Assembly: GCA_048884965.1 (NCBI GenBank)
Contig: JBHLQH010000025.1
Location: 1-47,500 of the forward strand
Source: Candidatus Thorarchaeota archaeon
Lineage (GTDB): Archaea; Asgardarchaeota; Thorarchaeia; Thorarchaeales; Thorarchaeaceae
Reading direction: 5' to 3'
Length of the DNA stretch: 47,500 nucleotides
This document shows positions 27,156 through 36,642 of this stretch, piece by piece; position 1 is the stretch's first letter; each line of letters begins with the position of its first letter. The notes under the pieces are model-generated. The model was not told where the DNA came from. It worked only from the letters and a program-made list of their open reading frames with translations, and did no database searches. The position numbers and the translations under genes are program-made.

Positions 27156-28061
27156 TCAAGCCTTCATAACGACATATGCAAGGATACCAATGCTAGTGAA
27201 AATACTCAAGCCATAAACGGTATCAAACAGCAGCTGTACCGTAGAAACATCGAGTGAAAGGAGTATGAACGTGCTCAGCAGCATCATTCCTATGGCAAGC
27301 ATAGCTAAGAAGGCTCTCTCCAGAACCATGAGTGGTTTCTTATCCAAGGTGAATGATCTGAGCCAAAGGACGATGAGGGGAAGAACGATTGGTGGTATCA
27401 CTATCAGGGCTATTCCTAAGGGAAGTAACAGGACTCCACTAAGCTGTCCTCGTATCTTATCCAGTCTTTCCCCATAGCGCTCGAACTCCTTCGCATAGAC
27501 CTTGCCGTACTCCTTGTGGATTCGGGTTTGATAGCCTTTCCATAATGAGTACTTCGTGTCGCCGAAACGCTTCCTAATCTTGTCAGTGGTCGATTCCTTG
27601 TATTCTGGTTGATATCGTCCCTGAATTACAGGAAGCACATAGATTGACAGCATCAGTGACCAGACACCGTAGATCGAGATCAGAGTATCTAGAAGAGGTT
27701 CTGGAGTCGAAAAGTAACCTCCTGCAATCTTGTATATGCCATATGCAGCAATACCTAAGATGGGTAGTAATAGCACTATTTTGATTCTCTTAGCGAACGA
27801 TTTGCTGTCTTTCATCCCCTCTGAGAACATCTTGAATACAATAGTACAGAAGGATGCATAGGTCAGCATGATTCCGATGCCGCTAAGCACCTTCATCGTG
27901 ATACCTGATACAGAAAAGAGGAAGAGCATATAGTCTGCAGAGAATAGTACTGAAAGGTCCCATGCATTGACAAAAAGAAGGCCTATCATGAGAATAGAGC
28001 CTATCAAGAACGAAATTCCATATAGCGCTCGAGTTCTATTGGTAACTATCTCCATCGTCAT
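27156..28061 (-). CDS. hypothetical multi-pass membrane protein
   Basis: about 7 hydrophobic segments with a basic loop. Confidence 0.75.
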   Translation of the reverse strand: MTMEIVTNRTRALYGISFLIGSILMIGLLFVNAWDLSVLFSADYMLFLFSVSGITMKVLSGIGIMLTYASFCTIVFKMFSEGMKDSKSFAKRIKIVLLLPILGIAAYGIYKIAGGYFSTPEPLLDTLISIYGVWSLMLSIYVLPVIQGRYQPEYKESTTDKIRKRFGDTKYSLWKGYQTRIHKEYGKVYAKEFERYGERLDKIRGQLSGVLLLPLGIALIVIPPIVLPLIVLWLRSFTLDKKPLMVLERAFLAMLAIGMMLLSTFILLSLDVSTVQLLFDTVYGLSIFTSIGILAYVVMKA

Positions 28062-28139
28062 TCCGTTGGACTCCTCTTGACAAAGGAAAGGTAATGGATG
28101 TGATAAGCTCTTTGCTCTTCTAGATGGTCCAACCCACAG

Positions 28140-28484
28140 TTAGACTAGTTCTTCCGCATCAGGTTCCCACTCTGGGTATACAATACAGATGAACTCCAAC
28201 TTTTCTGTTCCCACACTCTCAATGTACTGAATCCCCCTTGGGGGAATATAGATAGTATCCCCTGGGTATACTTCTGTGGCTTCATCATCGATATGCATGA
28301 TGCCTTTCCCTTTCAGGATATAGTACACTTCTGATGCTTCCTTGAACCGATGGGGAAGGGAGGACTTTCCAACATCTATCGATGCATGCGCAAGACTATA
28401 CCCTAGGATTAGTCCCTTTTCGTCATGCTTTGGATTGAGAAATTCCCTCACTCTTGTATCATCAAGAGCAACAATCTCCTTCAT
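28140..28484 (-). CDS. cupin-2 domain protein
   Basis: PH.....EVYYILKGKG.M.ID......PGD.IYIP. Confidence 0.88.
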   Translation of the reverse strand: MKEIVALDDTRVREFLNPKHDEKGLILGYSLAHASIDVGKSSLPHRFKEASEVYYILKGKGIMHIDDEATEVYPGDTIYIPPRGIQYIESVGTEKLEFICIVYPEWEPDAEELV

Positions 28485-28527
28485 GTCACGAAATCTCTTG
28501 AGTATCATATGTATCGCCTGAGTCGTA

Positions 28528-29343
28528 TCAGATTTGGCATTTCGGACAGATATAACTTGTAGTAGAACCGACACGAATCTCCTCAATGATGCTTGAGCAC
28601 TCAGGGCAGGCTTCTCCGGTCTTATACCCAATGGCTCTATGTTTCATATACGTGCCTTTCTTGCCGAAAAGATCCTGTTCCCCTGGCCCACCGCCATATC
28701 TTATGCCTTCTTTGAGCACGCGTTGTATCGCACTATGTAGTCGCTCAATATCATCGTCCTCCAGAGAGCTAGCGGCCCTATTTGGATGGAGCTTGGCGTA
28801 CCATAGGATGTCTTGAACATAGACATTTCCGATGCCAGCTATGAAGGATTGATCTAGCAGGTATGCCTTGATTCGCCCCCGTTTTCTATCAAGCATCCCT
28901 CGTAGCTTGTCCACAGTGAACTCTTTGTCCAAAGGATCAGAGCCAAGCTTAGACATTTGTGGATGCGATGAATAGTCCCCTTTTGGTATAAGATGGACAT
29001 GTCCAAACCACCAGTGATGGATTCCAATCCAGTCATCATGGTCAAGATTCAGCACAACTCTGTGCTTTTTCGAATCAGGCTCCTCTGAACCATCGAACAG
29101 TCTTATCTCGCCGCCCATTCCCAGATTGAAAGCAATGGACCACTTCTCATCGAGATTGGTTATTACCCATTTTCCTCTCTGGGATGAGGTTTCAATGACC
29201 CGACCTTGAATGCCATTCTGGAATTTTCTCGCTGTCATGTTCAGACATTTCGGCTGATTCACAGTTGCACCGATAATCGTCCGCCCGGACAGTCCCTTGT
29301 TCATGCTCTTGACGAGCACATAGATATCAGGTAGCTCAGGCAT
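28528..29343 (-). CDS. Fpg/Nei family DNA glycosylase/AP lyase
   Basis: N-terminal PELP, RGKW, LGMGG, LLDQSFIAGIGNVY (H2TH), CPEC...CPKCQ zinc finger. Confidence 0.92.
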   Translation of the reverse strand: MPELPDIYVLVKSMNKGLSGRTIIGATVNQPKCLNMTARKFQNGIQGRVIETSSQRGKWVITNLDEKWSIAFNLGMGGEIRLFDGSEEPDSKKHRVVLNLDHDDWIGIHHWWFGHVHLIPKGDYSSHPQMSKLGSDPLDKEFTVDKLRGMLDRKRGRIKAYLLDQSFIAGIGNVYVQDILWYAKLHPNRAASSLEDDDIERLHSAIQRVLKEGIRYGGGPGEQDLFGKKGTYMKHRAIGYKTGEACPECSSIIEEIRVGSTTSYICPKCQI

Positions 29344-29404
29344 GAGTATCGGGTCTGACTACAACTGTTACAAGATTAAGATATACGATAAGCGTAATCT
29401 TGAC

Positions 29405-30448
29405 CTAGTTATCGTCAAAGCCTGGGTCCTCTACCGAATAGGATGCTTTCTTCTTGGCGTACCACATCCAATACAAAGGCACCAGTAATCCGAGAACTGC
29501 TAGGTTGAGGATGGTGAAGCTGGTTATTCCCACTTGGACAGCATTCCCCCATCCTGCAGCTGCGGCGAGCAGTCTATTGACCTGTGAACCCACTCGAGCC
29601 AATATCACTAAGAGAAGGACGGTGATAGCAGTCAGAGGTCGAAGACTGGTGTCCTCATGGACCTTGGCAGTCGTGGATGAAAGACCATAGATTAGGAGGA
29701 CCGCTTGGACTACAATATCTATCAATGTGAATTGGGGATCTGAGATGCTCACGAGCCTAAAGGTGTAGTAAATTCCTAGGATGAACAGAACGAATCCCAT
29801 AATCGTAGATTGGTGCGGCCCCTTCTGGCCGTCCCTGAATACAATCGTGAATAGTGGTAGAAGAACAATCACCAAGGGGAACATCAGCAGGACGATTTGC
29901 TGCTCGAAAGGCAAGAGGGAGAGCCCCAAGAACATATACGCTCCACCAAAGACCATGATTTCCGCAATCAGGAATAGAACGAAAAGTACCCAATTGATGC
30001 TTGATTTATTCCCGAGTTTCTCCGAGAACGTCTTCCCGATATTCCACCCGAGAAGGATGGTGAAATATGCAGTCACCAAGGCATCTCCAAAGGCAAGTGC
30101 AGCACCAACCGCAGGTCCCACAGCCGCTGAAATCCCGCCAAGTGCCATGAATAGAATGATGAGTCCAACACTCAAGACAATCTGGTTGCGTAACTGGGCA
30201 GGACCTTCGAAGAATAGAGTCCTTCCAATTGGAATCATGGATAGAATTACCAAAGCCATGATAAAGTACTGGAACGAAACGACGATTGAGATAGCCAATC
30301 CCTGAAACGGATCTGTGATATTTGGCGTTAGTGAGCCAAAAACCAGTAACCAGATGGATATGATGGCTGTAGCGACCAGTGCGAGAATGAAATTGTAGTT
30401 ATACCAAGAATTAGTTAGGAGAATTCGTAATCCTCGTAGGAACTTCAT
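29405..30448 (-). CDS. hypothetical polytopic membrane protein
   Basis: about 10 hydrophobic segments; SD GGAGGT before ATG 30448. Confidence 0.75.
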   Translation of the reverse strand: MKFLRGLRILLTNSWYNYNFILALVATAIISIWLLVFGSLTPNITDPFQGLAISIVVSFQYFIMALVILSMIPIGRTLFFEGPAQLRNQIVLSVGLIILFMALGGISAAVGPAVGAALAFGDALVTAYFTILLGWNIGKTFSEKLGNKSSINWVLFVLFLIAEIMVFGGAYMFLGLSLLPFEQQIVLLMFPLVIVLLPLFTIVFRDGQKGPHQSTIMGFVLFILGIYYTFRLVSISDPQFTLIDIVVQAVLLIYGLSSTTAKVHEDTSLRPLTAITVLLLVILARVGSQVNRLLAAAAGWGNAVQVGITSFTILNLAVLGLLVPLYWMWYAKKKASYSVEDPGFDDN

Positions 30449-30702
30449 CGTTTTACCTCCAATCATAGGGAGATGCGAGGCAAGCTTACTCCACTTCCTA
30501 CGCTTAAACATTCTTTCGATGTCATTATTCGGACCACATTTCCGCTCTTGAAACACGACATACTCCTGTCTGAGAGCAAGTATTTGTCCTCAAATGAATC
30601 AAATGAATGCTGACAAAGCTAAAGGCTGATAAGAATTTGACATTGAGAAAGAAACAGAGCCTTCAACTAGTCGATGAAACGCTCACCAAGGTGAACTCTA
30701 CC

Positions 30703-33069
30703 ATGCGCTCAGAGAGGATACGACGTCTAAGAGATCAAAGTGTGGACACAGAACCGTATATCTCTACAGAGCGAGCCGAGCTATTGACCGATTTCTACCA
30801 AAGCGGTGCTGCCGATACAAAATCGACCTCTGTAGCACGAGCGCTGGCATTCAAATTCATCATGGAAAACAAGGAAATCTATATCGGTGACGGAGAACTG
30901 ATAGTCGGCGAGCGTGGTCCCGAGCCACGAGCCACGCCAACATACCCCGAGCTCTGCTGCCACAGCATCTCTGATTTGGAGATATGCAACAGTAGGGTGC
31001 GATCACGTTTCAATGTGGATGAGAGTTCCAAAGAGGTCTATCGAGAGGAAATCATCCCCTTCTGGCAAGGAAAGACCATGCGGGAACGTGTCTTTGATGC
31101 CATGTCCGACGTATGGATGCGCGCATTCGAAGCTGGCATCTTCACCGAGTTCATGGAACAACGAGCCCCTGGTCACGCGATACTCGATGATAAGATATAC
31201 CATCGCGGACTCAGTGACTTCATTGAGGATATCGAGAAGAGAATCAAAGTGCTTGACTTCTTCAATGATCCTAAGGCATATGATAAGGAACAAGACCTCA
31301 AGGCCATGGCTATCGCTGCAGAGGCTGTGATTACCTACGCTCAGCGGCATGCAGAAAAGGCTATGGAACTGGCTGAAGAAGAACCAGACATCGAGCGACG
31401 CAAAGAACTTGAGAAGATTGCCACTGTCTGCAATCATGTCCCAGCAAACGCTCCACGTGACTTCTGGGAGGCGATTCAGTCCTACTGGTTCGTTCATCTG
31501 GGAGTCATTACCGAGCTGAATGTATGGGACAGCTTCAATCCCGGACGCCTAGATCAGCATCTTCAACCATTCTATGACAAAGGAATCGCCTCAAACACAC
31601 TCACGCCTGAATTCGCTGAGGAGCTCCTTCAGTGCTTCTGGATTAAGGTACACAATCAACCCGCTCCACCGAAGGTTGGCATCACGGAGGAGGCCAGCGG
31701 CACATATCAGGACTTCTCTCTCTTCAACACAGGGGGCGTCACTACAGATGGGAATGATGCCGTGAATGACCTGTCATACCTTATCCTTGATGTGTGCAAA
31801 GAGATGAAGCTCATCATGCCCAGTGTCTGCATACAACTCAGCACAGCAAATCCCGAGTCATTTCTCTTGAAGGCAATCGAAGTGGTGAATGAGGGCTTTG
31901 GGCAACCCTCGATGTTCAATACTGATGTCATCATCAAGGAGTTCCTACGGGCCGGCAAGTCGCTAGAGGATGCAAGGAACGGAGGACCTAGTGGTTGCGT
32001 CACCATAGGCGCCTTCGGGAAGGAATCTGTCATCCTGACAGGTTACATCAACTGGCCAAAGATCCTTGAGATCACACTTCACAATGGTATTGACCCTAAG
32101 ACTGGGACCTTGGTGGGTCTTGAAACTGGCGACCCAGCCGCCTTCACTTCCTATGATCATCTCTTTGATGCTTACTCTAGACAGCTGAAATACTTTGTAG
32201 ACCTGAAGGTCCGCGGGAACAATATCATAGAGCGACTCTATGCAGAGCACATGCCCTCTCCCTTCATGTCAGTTCTCATGGACGATTGTATCAAGAAGGG
32301 GATGGACTATCACAAAGGGGGATCTCGCTACAATAGCACCTACATCCAAGGCGTAGGAATGGGGACCATCACAGATTCCCTTACAGCCATCAAATACCAT
32401 GTCTTTGACAAGAAACGGTTCACTATGGAAGAGCTCCTTAGAGGACTCAGGACCAACTTCAAGGATAATGAGGTGCTCAGACAGATTCTGGTGAACAAGA
32501 CCCCTAAGTATGGCAATGACGATGACTATGCTGATTCAATTGCGCAAGATGTCTTCAACGCATACTTCAGCATCCTTGATGGGCGCCCCAATACCAAGGG
32601 CGGCGAATATCGAGTCAACCTGCTACCTACAACTGTGCATATCTACTTCGGAGAGGTCACTGGCGCAACGCCAGACGGTCGTGTCCAAGGTGCACCCCTC
32701 TCTGATGGCATCTCTCCCAGTCACGGAGTCGATAAGCAAGGACCGACTGCGGTCATCAAATCGGTCGCGAAGATTGACCATTCAAAGACCGGCGGTACGC
32801 TTCTCAACCAGCGATTCCTCCCAGAGGTACTTGTGACACAGGAGGGTCGGGAGAAGCTAGGAGGTCTTGTACGGACATACTTCAAACTGGGAGGACATCA
32901 TATCCAATTCAATGTGGTCCGATCTGAAACCCTTCTTGAGGCACAAGCACATCCGGAGATGCATAAGGACCTCATTGTACGTGTCGCAGGCTATAGCGAC
33001 TACTTCTGCAACATTGGGAAGGAACTGCAGGACGAGATTATCGCTCGAACTGCCCACCAAGGTTTCTAA
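30703..33069 (+). CDS. glycyl radical enzyme, HypD (trans-4-hydroxy-L-proline dehydratase)-like, variant active site
   Basis: FTEFMEQRAPGH, TELNVWDSFNPGRLDQ, PAPPKVG...S.TY.DF, SGCVT, LLPTT.H.YFG, RVAGYS; SD AGGTGA before 30703. Confidence 0.9.
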   Translation: MRSERIRRLRDQSVDTEPYISTERAELLTDFYQSGAADTKSTSVARALAFKFIMENKEIYIGDGELIVGERGPEPRATPTYPELCCHSISDLEICNSRVRSRFNVDESSKEVYREEIIPFWQGKTMRERVFDAMSDVWMRAFEAGIFTEFMEQRAPGHAILDDKIYHRGLSDFIEDIEKRIKVLDFFNDPKAYDKEQDLKAMAIAAEAVITYAQRHAEKAMELAEEEPDIERRKELEKIATVCNHVPANAPRDFWEAIQSYWFVHLGVITELNVWDSFNPGRLDQHLQPFYDKGIASNTLTPEFAEELLQCFWIKVHNQPAPPKVGITEEASGTYQDFSLFNTGGVTTDGNDAVNDLSYLILDVCKEMKLIMPSVCIQLSTANPESFLLKAIEVVNEGFGQPSMFNTDVIIKEFLRAGKSLEDARNGGPSGCVTIGAFGKESVILTGYINWPKILEITLHNGIDPKTGTLVGLETGDPAAFTSYDHLFDAYSRQLKYFVDLKVRGNNIIERLYAEHMPSPFMSVLMDDCIKKGMDYHKGGSRYNSTYIQGVGMGTITDSLTAIKYHVFDKKRFTMEELLRGLRTNFKDNEVLRQILVNKTPKYGNDDDYADSIAQDVFNAYFSILDGRPNTKGGEYRVNLLPTTVHIYFGEVTGATPDGRVQGAPLSDGISPSHGVDKQGPTAVIKSVAKIDHSKTGGTLLNQRFLPEVLVTQEGREKLGGLVRTYFKLGGHHIQFNVVRSETLLEAQAHPEMHKDLIVRVAGYSDYFCNIGKELQDEIIARTAHQGF

Positions 33070-33157
33070 GATACGGCAAGAAAATTGATTAGTTCTCTGT
33101 TGCCCCTCATATTGAGGTAGTAGAGCGAAGTTTCTTCAGATTGTACTGATATCGGGC

Positions 33158-33346
33158 GTGATAGTATTTTCAGCAATCTCCCTCTTTGCTTGGTATGTAT
33201 ATGGAGAGTCGTGGCTATTCTTCTTTCTTATCCCATACCTAATCATTACTTGTGGCGAGGTCATTGGAAGTGGCCTCTTCCACCATAACGACGAAGTCCA
33301 AGAGGATTATTTCTACTCCAGCTACGGGAGAAATCTATCCATTTGA
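33158..33346 (+). CDS. possible small membrane protein or 5'-truncated remnant
   Basis: two short hydrophobic stretches; frame stays open 14 codons upstream without a start codon. Confidence 0.3.
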   Translation: MIVFSAISLFAWYVYGESWLFFFLIPYLIITCGEVIGSGLFHHNDEVQEDYFYSSYGRNLSI

Positions 33347-33511
33347 GTAGGAGTTCATCTTTTCGATAAAATCACAAGAATTGGTCAAGTGGCAAGTTTT
33401 AAAAACACACCATGACACGACGGGCACTAGCAGTAAGTATAGCCCCAGGCTTAATACTATTCTATTATCAAGCCAGTTTAGCCGGGAGCTGCAAAACTGC
33501 AGGATGTTTAC

Positions 33512-34519
33512 ATGGCACACAGGAAGAAGAACGCCCCACGTAGGGGTAGTCTAGCATATCTCCCGCGAGGTAGAGCCTCGAAGTTCGTCCCACGGATAAA
33601 GAACTGGGGCGCCTTCAACGGAGATAGTCCGAAGTTGCTTGGTTTTGTCGGTTACAAGGCCGGTATGACTCATGCAGTGGTAACTGTCCACAATCCTGAC
33701 AGTCCTTTCAAGGGCCAGGAAACAGTTATCCCTGTGACAGTCATCGATACGCCCCCAATCCGACCATTCTCTATGCGCGGGTACAAAGCAACCCCCTATG
33801 GAGTAAAGCTCATTGTCGAAGTGTTGGCTGACAATCTCTCAGATGATCTGAAGAAGACGATGCCAGTACCAAAGGACTATGATCAAGCAACCAAGATGAA
33901 GGAATTTGAGGAAAAGCTTGAGTCCCTCACAGAGATTCGAATGCTTATCCACACACAACCACGACTTGCAGGTGTTGCAAAGAAGAGACCCGATATCATG
34001 GAATACAAGGTCGGTGCACCTGATGTCCAGGGAGCCTTTGACTATGCGAAGGAGGTCCTCGGTACCGATGTTCGTATCGCAGACATCATTGATGAGGGGA
34101 TGCTTGTAGACTCGATCGCAGTGACGAAGGGTCATGGATTCCAAGGTCCCGTGCGAAGATGGGGTGTCAGAATTCTTCAGCACAAGTCCAGAAAGACCAA
34201 GCGTGGCGTAGGGTGTATCGGTCCGTGGTCCCCCACTAATATCCGATATACTGTGCCTCGTCCCGGTCAGACAGGGTTCCACACCCGAACCAGCTTTAAC
34301 AACGCTGTTGTGAAGCTCGGAGAAAGAGGTGAGGAGATTACACCCTCTGGCGGCTTTGTGAACTATGGTGTGATACGTGGTGACTACATAATGCTCAAGG
34401 GCTCAGTACCAGGTCCAGTCAAGAGACCTATACGAATGCGATATGCAATCCGCCCGATGAAGAAGCACCTTGATGAGCCTATCCCGGTGAGCTACATCAG
34501 TACCAGCTCGAAGCAATAG
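33512..34519 (+). CDS. rpl3: 50S ribosomal protein uL3
   Basis: PRRGSLAYLPR, GYKAGMTH, KGHGFQGPVRRWG, GQTGFHTRT, KGSVPGP. Confidence 0.98.
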   Translation: MAHRKKNAPRRGSLAYLPRGRASKFVPRIKNWGAFNGDSPKLLGFVGYKAGMTHAVVTVHNPDSPFKGQETVIPVTVIDTPPIRPFSMRGYKATPYGVKLIVEVLADNLSDDLKKTMPVPKDYDQATKMKEFEEKLESLTEIRMLIHTQPRLAGVAKKRPDIMEYKVGAPDVQGAFDYAKEVLGTDVRIADIIDEGMLVDSIAVTKGHGFQGPVRRWGVRILQHKSRKTKRGVGCIGPWSPTNIRYTVPRPGQTGFHTRTSFNNAVVKLGERGEEITPSGGFVNYGVIRGDYIMLKGSVPGPVKRPIRMRYAIRPMKKHLDEPIPVSYISTSSKQ

Positions 34520-34534
34520 TGGAGATGAAACATT

Positions 34535-35323
34535 ATGGTTAGTGTTAAGACATATTCATTGAAAGGCAAGGCTGGAACAGCAGTTGACCTTCCAACCCAT
34601 TTTGACACCCCCTATCGCCCTGACCTGATAAAACGAGCAGTCCTTGCAGTACAATCTCGAAGATATCAGCCCCATGGCGTCGATGAGCTAGCAGGTAAGC
34701 GGAACACCGCACAGAGCTGGCAGACAGGTCATGGTCGATCAAGGATGCCTCGTATCAAGGGTAGTGGCACATCTGCAGCCAATAAGGCTGGCTTTGCACC
34801 TGGTACCGTCGGTGGTCGAGTCGCTCACCCTCCTGAGGCACGAAAGGTCCTCTTGGAGCGTATCAACAAGAAGGAGAACCGCTTCGCGATCAGGTCCGCA
34901 ATCGCTGCTACAGCCAGCAAGGATCGGGTCAGCGAACGAGGTCACAAGGTAGATGATATTCCTGCATTACCACTTGTTGTGGACAATGCTCTCGAGACCT
35001 TGATCTCAACCAAAGAGGTCGTAGAGGTTGTCGAGAAGCTTGGACTCTCAGCTGACTTACAGCGTGCAATCGATGGCCGAGGCATTCGAGCCGGTAAAGG
35101 CAAGATGCGTGGCAGAAAGAAACGCACTCCAAAGTCATTCTTGATTGTTGTTGGCGAGGACCAAGGAATTGGTCTAGCTGCACGAAATCTCCCTGGCGTC
35201 GAAGTTGTCGAAGTCCATGGGCTCAACGCCGAACACCTAGCCCCGGGCACCCACCCAGGTCGTCTAGTAATGTGGACAGTGTCCGCATTAGAGAGGCTAG
35301 CAAACGAGAACCTGTTCAATTGA
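34535..35323 (+). CDS. rpl4: 50S ribosomal protein uL4
   Basis: RPDLIKRAV, GRSRMPR, GGRVAHPP, IRAGKGKMRGR, LAPGTHPGRL. Confidence 0.98.
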   Translation: MVSVKTYSLKGKAGTAVDLPTHFDTPYRPDLIKRAVLAVQSRRYQPHGVDELAGKRNTAQSWQTGHGRSRMPRIKGSGTSAANKAGFAPGTVGGRVAHPPEARKVLLERINKKENRFAIRSAIAATASKDRVSERGHKVDDIPALPLVVDNALETLISTKEVVEVVEKLGLSADLQRAIDGRGIRAGKGKMRGRKKRTPKSFLIVVGEDQGIGLAARNLPGVEVVEVHGLNAEHLAPGTHPGRLVMWTVSALERLANENLFN

Positions 35324-35333
35324 GGTGAAAAAG

Positions 35334-35597
35334 ATGCGTGATCCGAACGAAGTAATCATTCGACCCATCGTCACTGAGGCTAGTCTTGAGGGCGTAGACA
35401 GGGAGAACAAGCTTGCATTCTACGTCATAAGGACAGCGAACAAGAACACCATCAAATGGGCTGTCGAGACCCTCTATGATGTAGTCGTTGAGAAGGTTAA
35501 CACACTGATAATGCCTAACGGAATGAAGAAGGCATTCGTGCGATTGGCACCGGAGTACAGTGCCGCTGAGGTCGCAACCAATCTGGGTATATTCTAA
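35334..35597 (+). CDS. rpl23: 50S ribosomal protein uL23
   Basis: PIVTE, ENKLAF.V...ANK, VNTLI...G.KKAFVRL; SD GAGGTG. Confidence 0.97.
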   Translation: MRDPNEVIIRPIVTEASLEGVDRENKLAFYVIRTANKNTIKWAVETLYDVVVEKVNTLIMPNGMKKAFVRLAPEYSAAEVATNLGIF

Positions 35598-35609
35598 GGA
35601 GGCGTTCAT

Positions 35610-36332
35610 ATGGGTAGACGTATACTAGTACAGCGAAAAGGACGCGGAACGACTCAATGGAGGAGCCCCAGTCACAAGAAGGTCGCACCAGCAAAGCATC
35701 CAAAGTGGTCACCCGATAAGACCTATATTGGGTCTATTGTCAGACTTATTCATGAGTCTGGTCGAGGAGCACCTTTGGCTGAGATCAAATACGAAAGTGA
35801 GGACAAGCTTCACTATATGGTAGCACCTGAAGGCGCTTATGTTGGTCAAATCGTAGAATGTGGTGAGGATGCAACACTTGCCAATGGCAACACCTTGATG
35901 TTGATGTATATCCCTGAAGGTACGCCCATCTATAATATAGAAGGCTCCCCAGGTGATGGAGGCAAGTATGTGAGATCATCAGGTCTTACTGCAACCATCA
36001 TCTCAACGGATAAGACCAAGTCAATGGTCAGACTCCCCAGTGGTGTCCAAAAGCCATTCAGTCCCCGCTGCAGAGCCACCATTGGCATAGTAGCAGGTGG
36101 TGGACGATCCGAGAAACCATTCCTACGAGCAGGTGCGGTATACCATCATGTCCGCGGCAAGGCACGAAAGTGGCCTGTTGTCCGTGGTGCAGCTATGAAT
36201 GCAGCATCACACCCACACGGTGGTGGTTCACACCAGTCCCCTGGTAGACCCTCGACCGTTAGCAGACATGCACCACCTGGTCGAAAGGTTGGTAACATCG
36301 CAGCACGAAGAACCGGTCGTAAGACCAAGTAA
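35610..36332 (+). CDS. rpl2: 50S ribosomal protein uL2
   Basis: MGRRI..QRKGRG, GRGAPLA, WP.VRG.AMN...HPHGGG, PPGRKVG.IAARRTG. Confidence 0.98.
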   Translation: MGRRILVQRKGRGTTQWRSPSHKKVAPAKHPKWSPDKTYIGSIVRLIHESGRGAPLAEIKYESEDKLHYMVAPEGAYVGQIVECGEDATLANGNTLMLMYIPEGTPIYNIEGSPGDGGKYVRSSGLTATIISTDKTKSMVRLPSGVQKPFSPRCRATIGIVAGGGRSEKPFLRAGAVYHHVRGKARKWPVVRGAAMNAASHPHGGGSHQSPGRPSTVSRHAPPGRKVGNIAARRTGRKTK

Positions 36333-36342
36333 TCAAGACAGA

Positions 36343-36377
36343 GAAGAGAGTTCGCTCTCTTCCTCTCCTCTCTTTTT
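36343..36377 (+). terminator. hairpin/pyrimidine-tract terminator after rpl2
   Basis: GAAGAGAG-ttcg-CTCTCTTC then CTCTCCTCTCTTTTT. Confidence 0.7.
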
Positions 36378-36462
36378 CATATTTCCAATGCCTCCTGTGT
36401 CCTATCCCTGTATTACTCAAACACATATCCCTCTATGACCCCAGTTTCATAGAGGACTGCTT

Positions 36463-36642
36463 ATGCGTCTTATAGCTGTACACTTACCGGACAAACTGCT
36501 CGATGACATCCAAGAACTAGTAGAGAAGGGTCTCTATCCGAACAGGTCTGAGGCCATCAGGATTGCCATTCGAGATCTGCTCAAACAGGAACTATGGGGA
36601 CGCAATGCATCTACTGTGAAGGTGAGTGAAGTCATAGGATGA
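36463..36642 (+). CDS. cdrS: CdrS-like ribbon-helix-helix regulator (59 aa)
   Basis: manual translation MRLIAVHLPDKLLDDIQELVEKGLYPNRSEAIRIAIRDLLKQELWG...; TGA overlaps the ftsZ ATG; not in ORF track. Confidence 0.9.
   Translation: MRLIAVHLPDKLLDDIQELVEKGLYPNRSEAIRIAIRDLLKQELWGRNASTVKVSEVIG

Noticed and set aside
31003-31497. Long antisense/alternate-frame ORFs (e.g. 31003-31497, 37307-37759, 41910-42512, 46847-47224)
   Set aside because: They shadow well-supported genes on the opposite strand and have no recognisable motifs.
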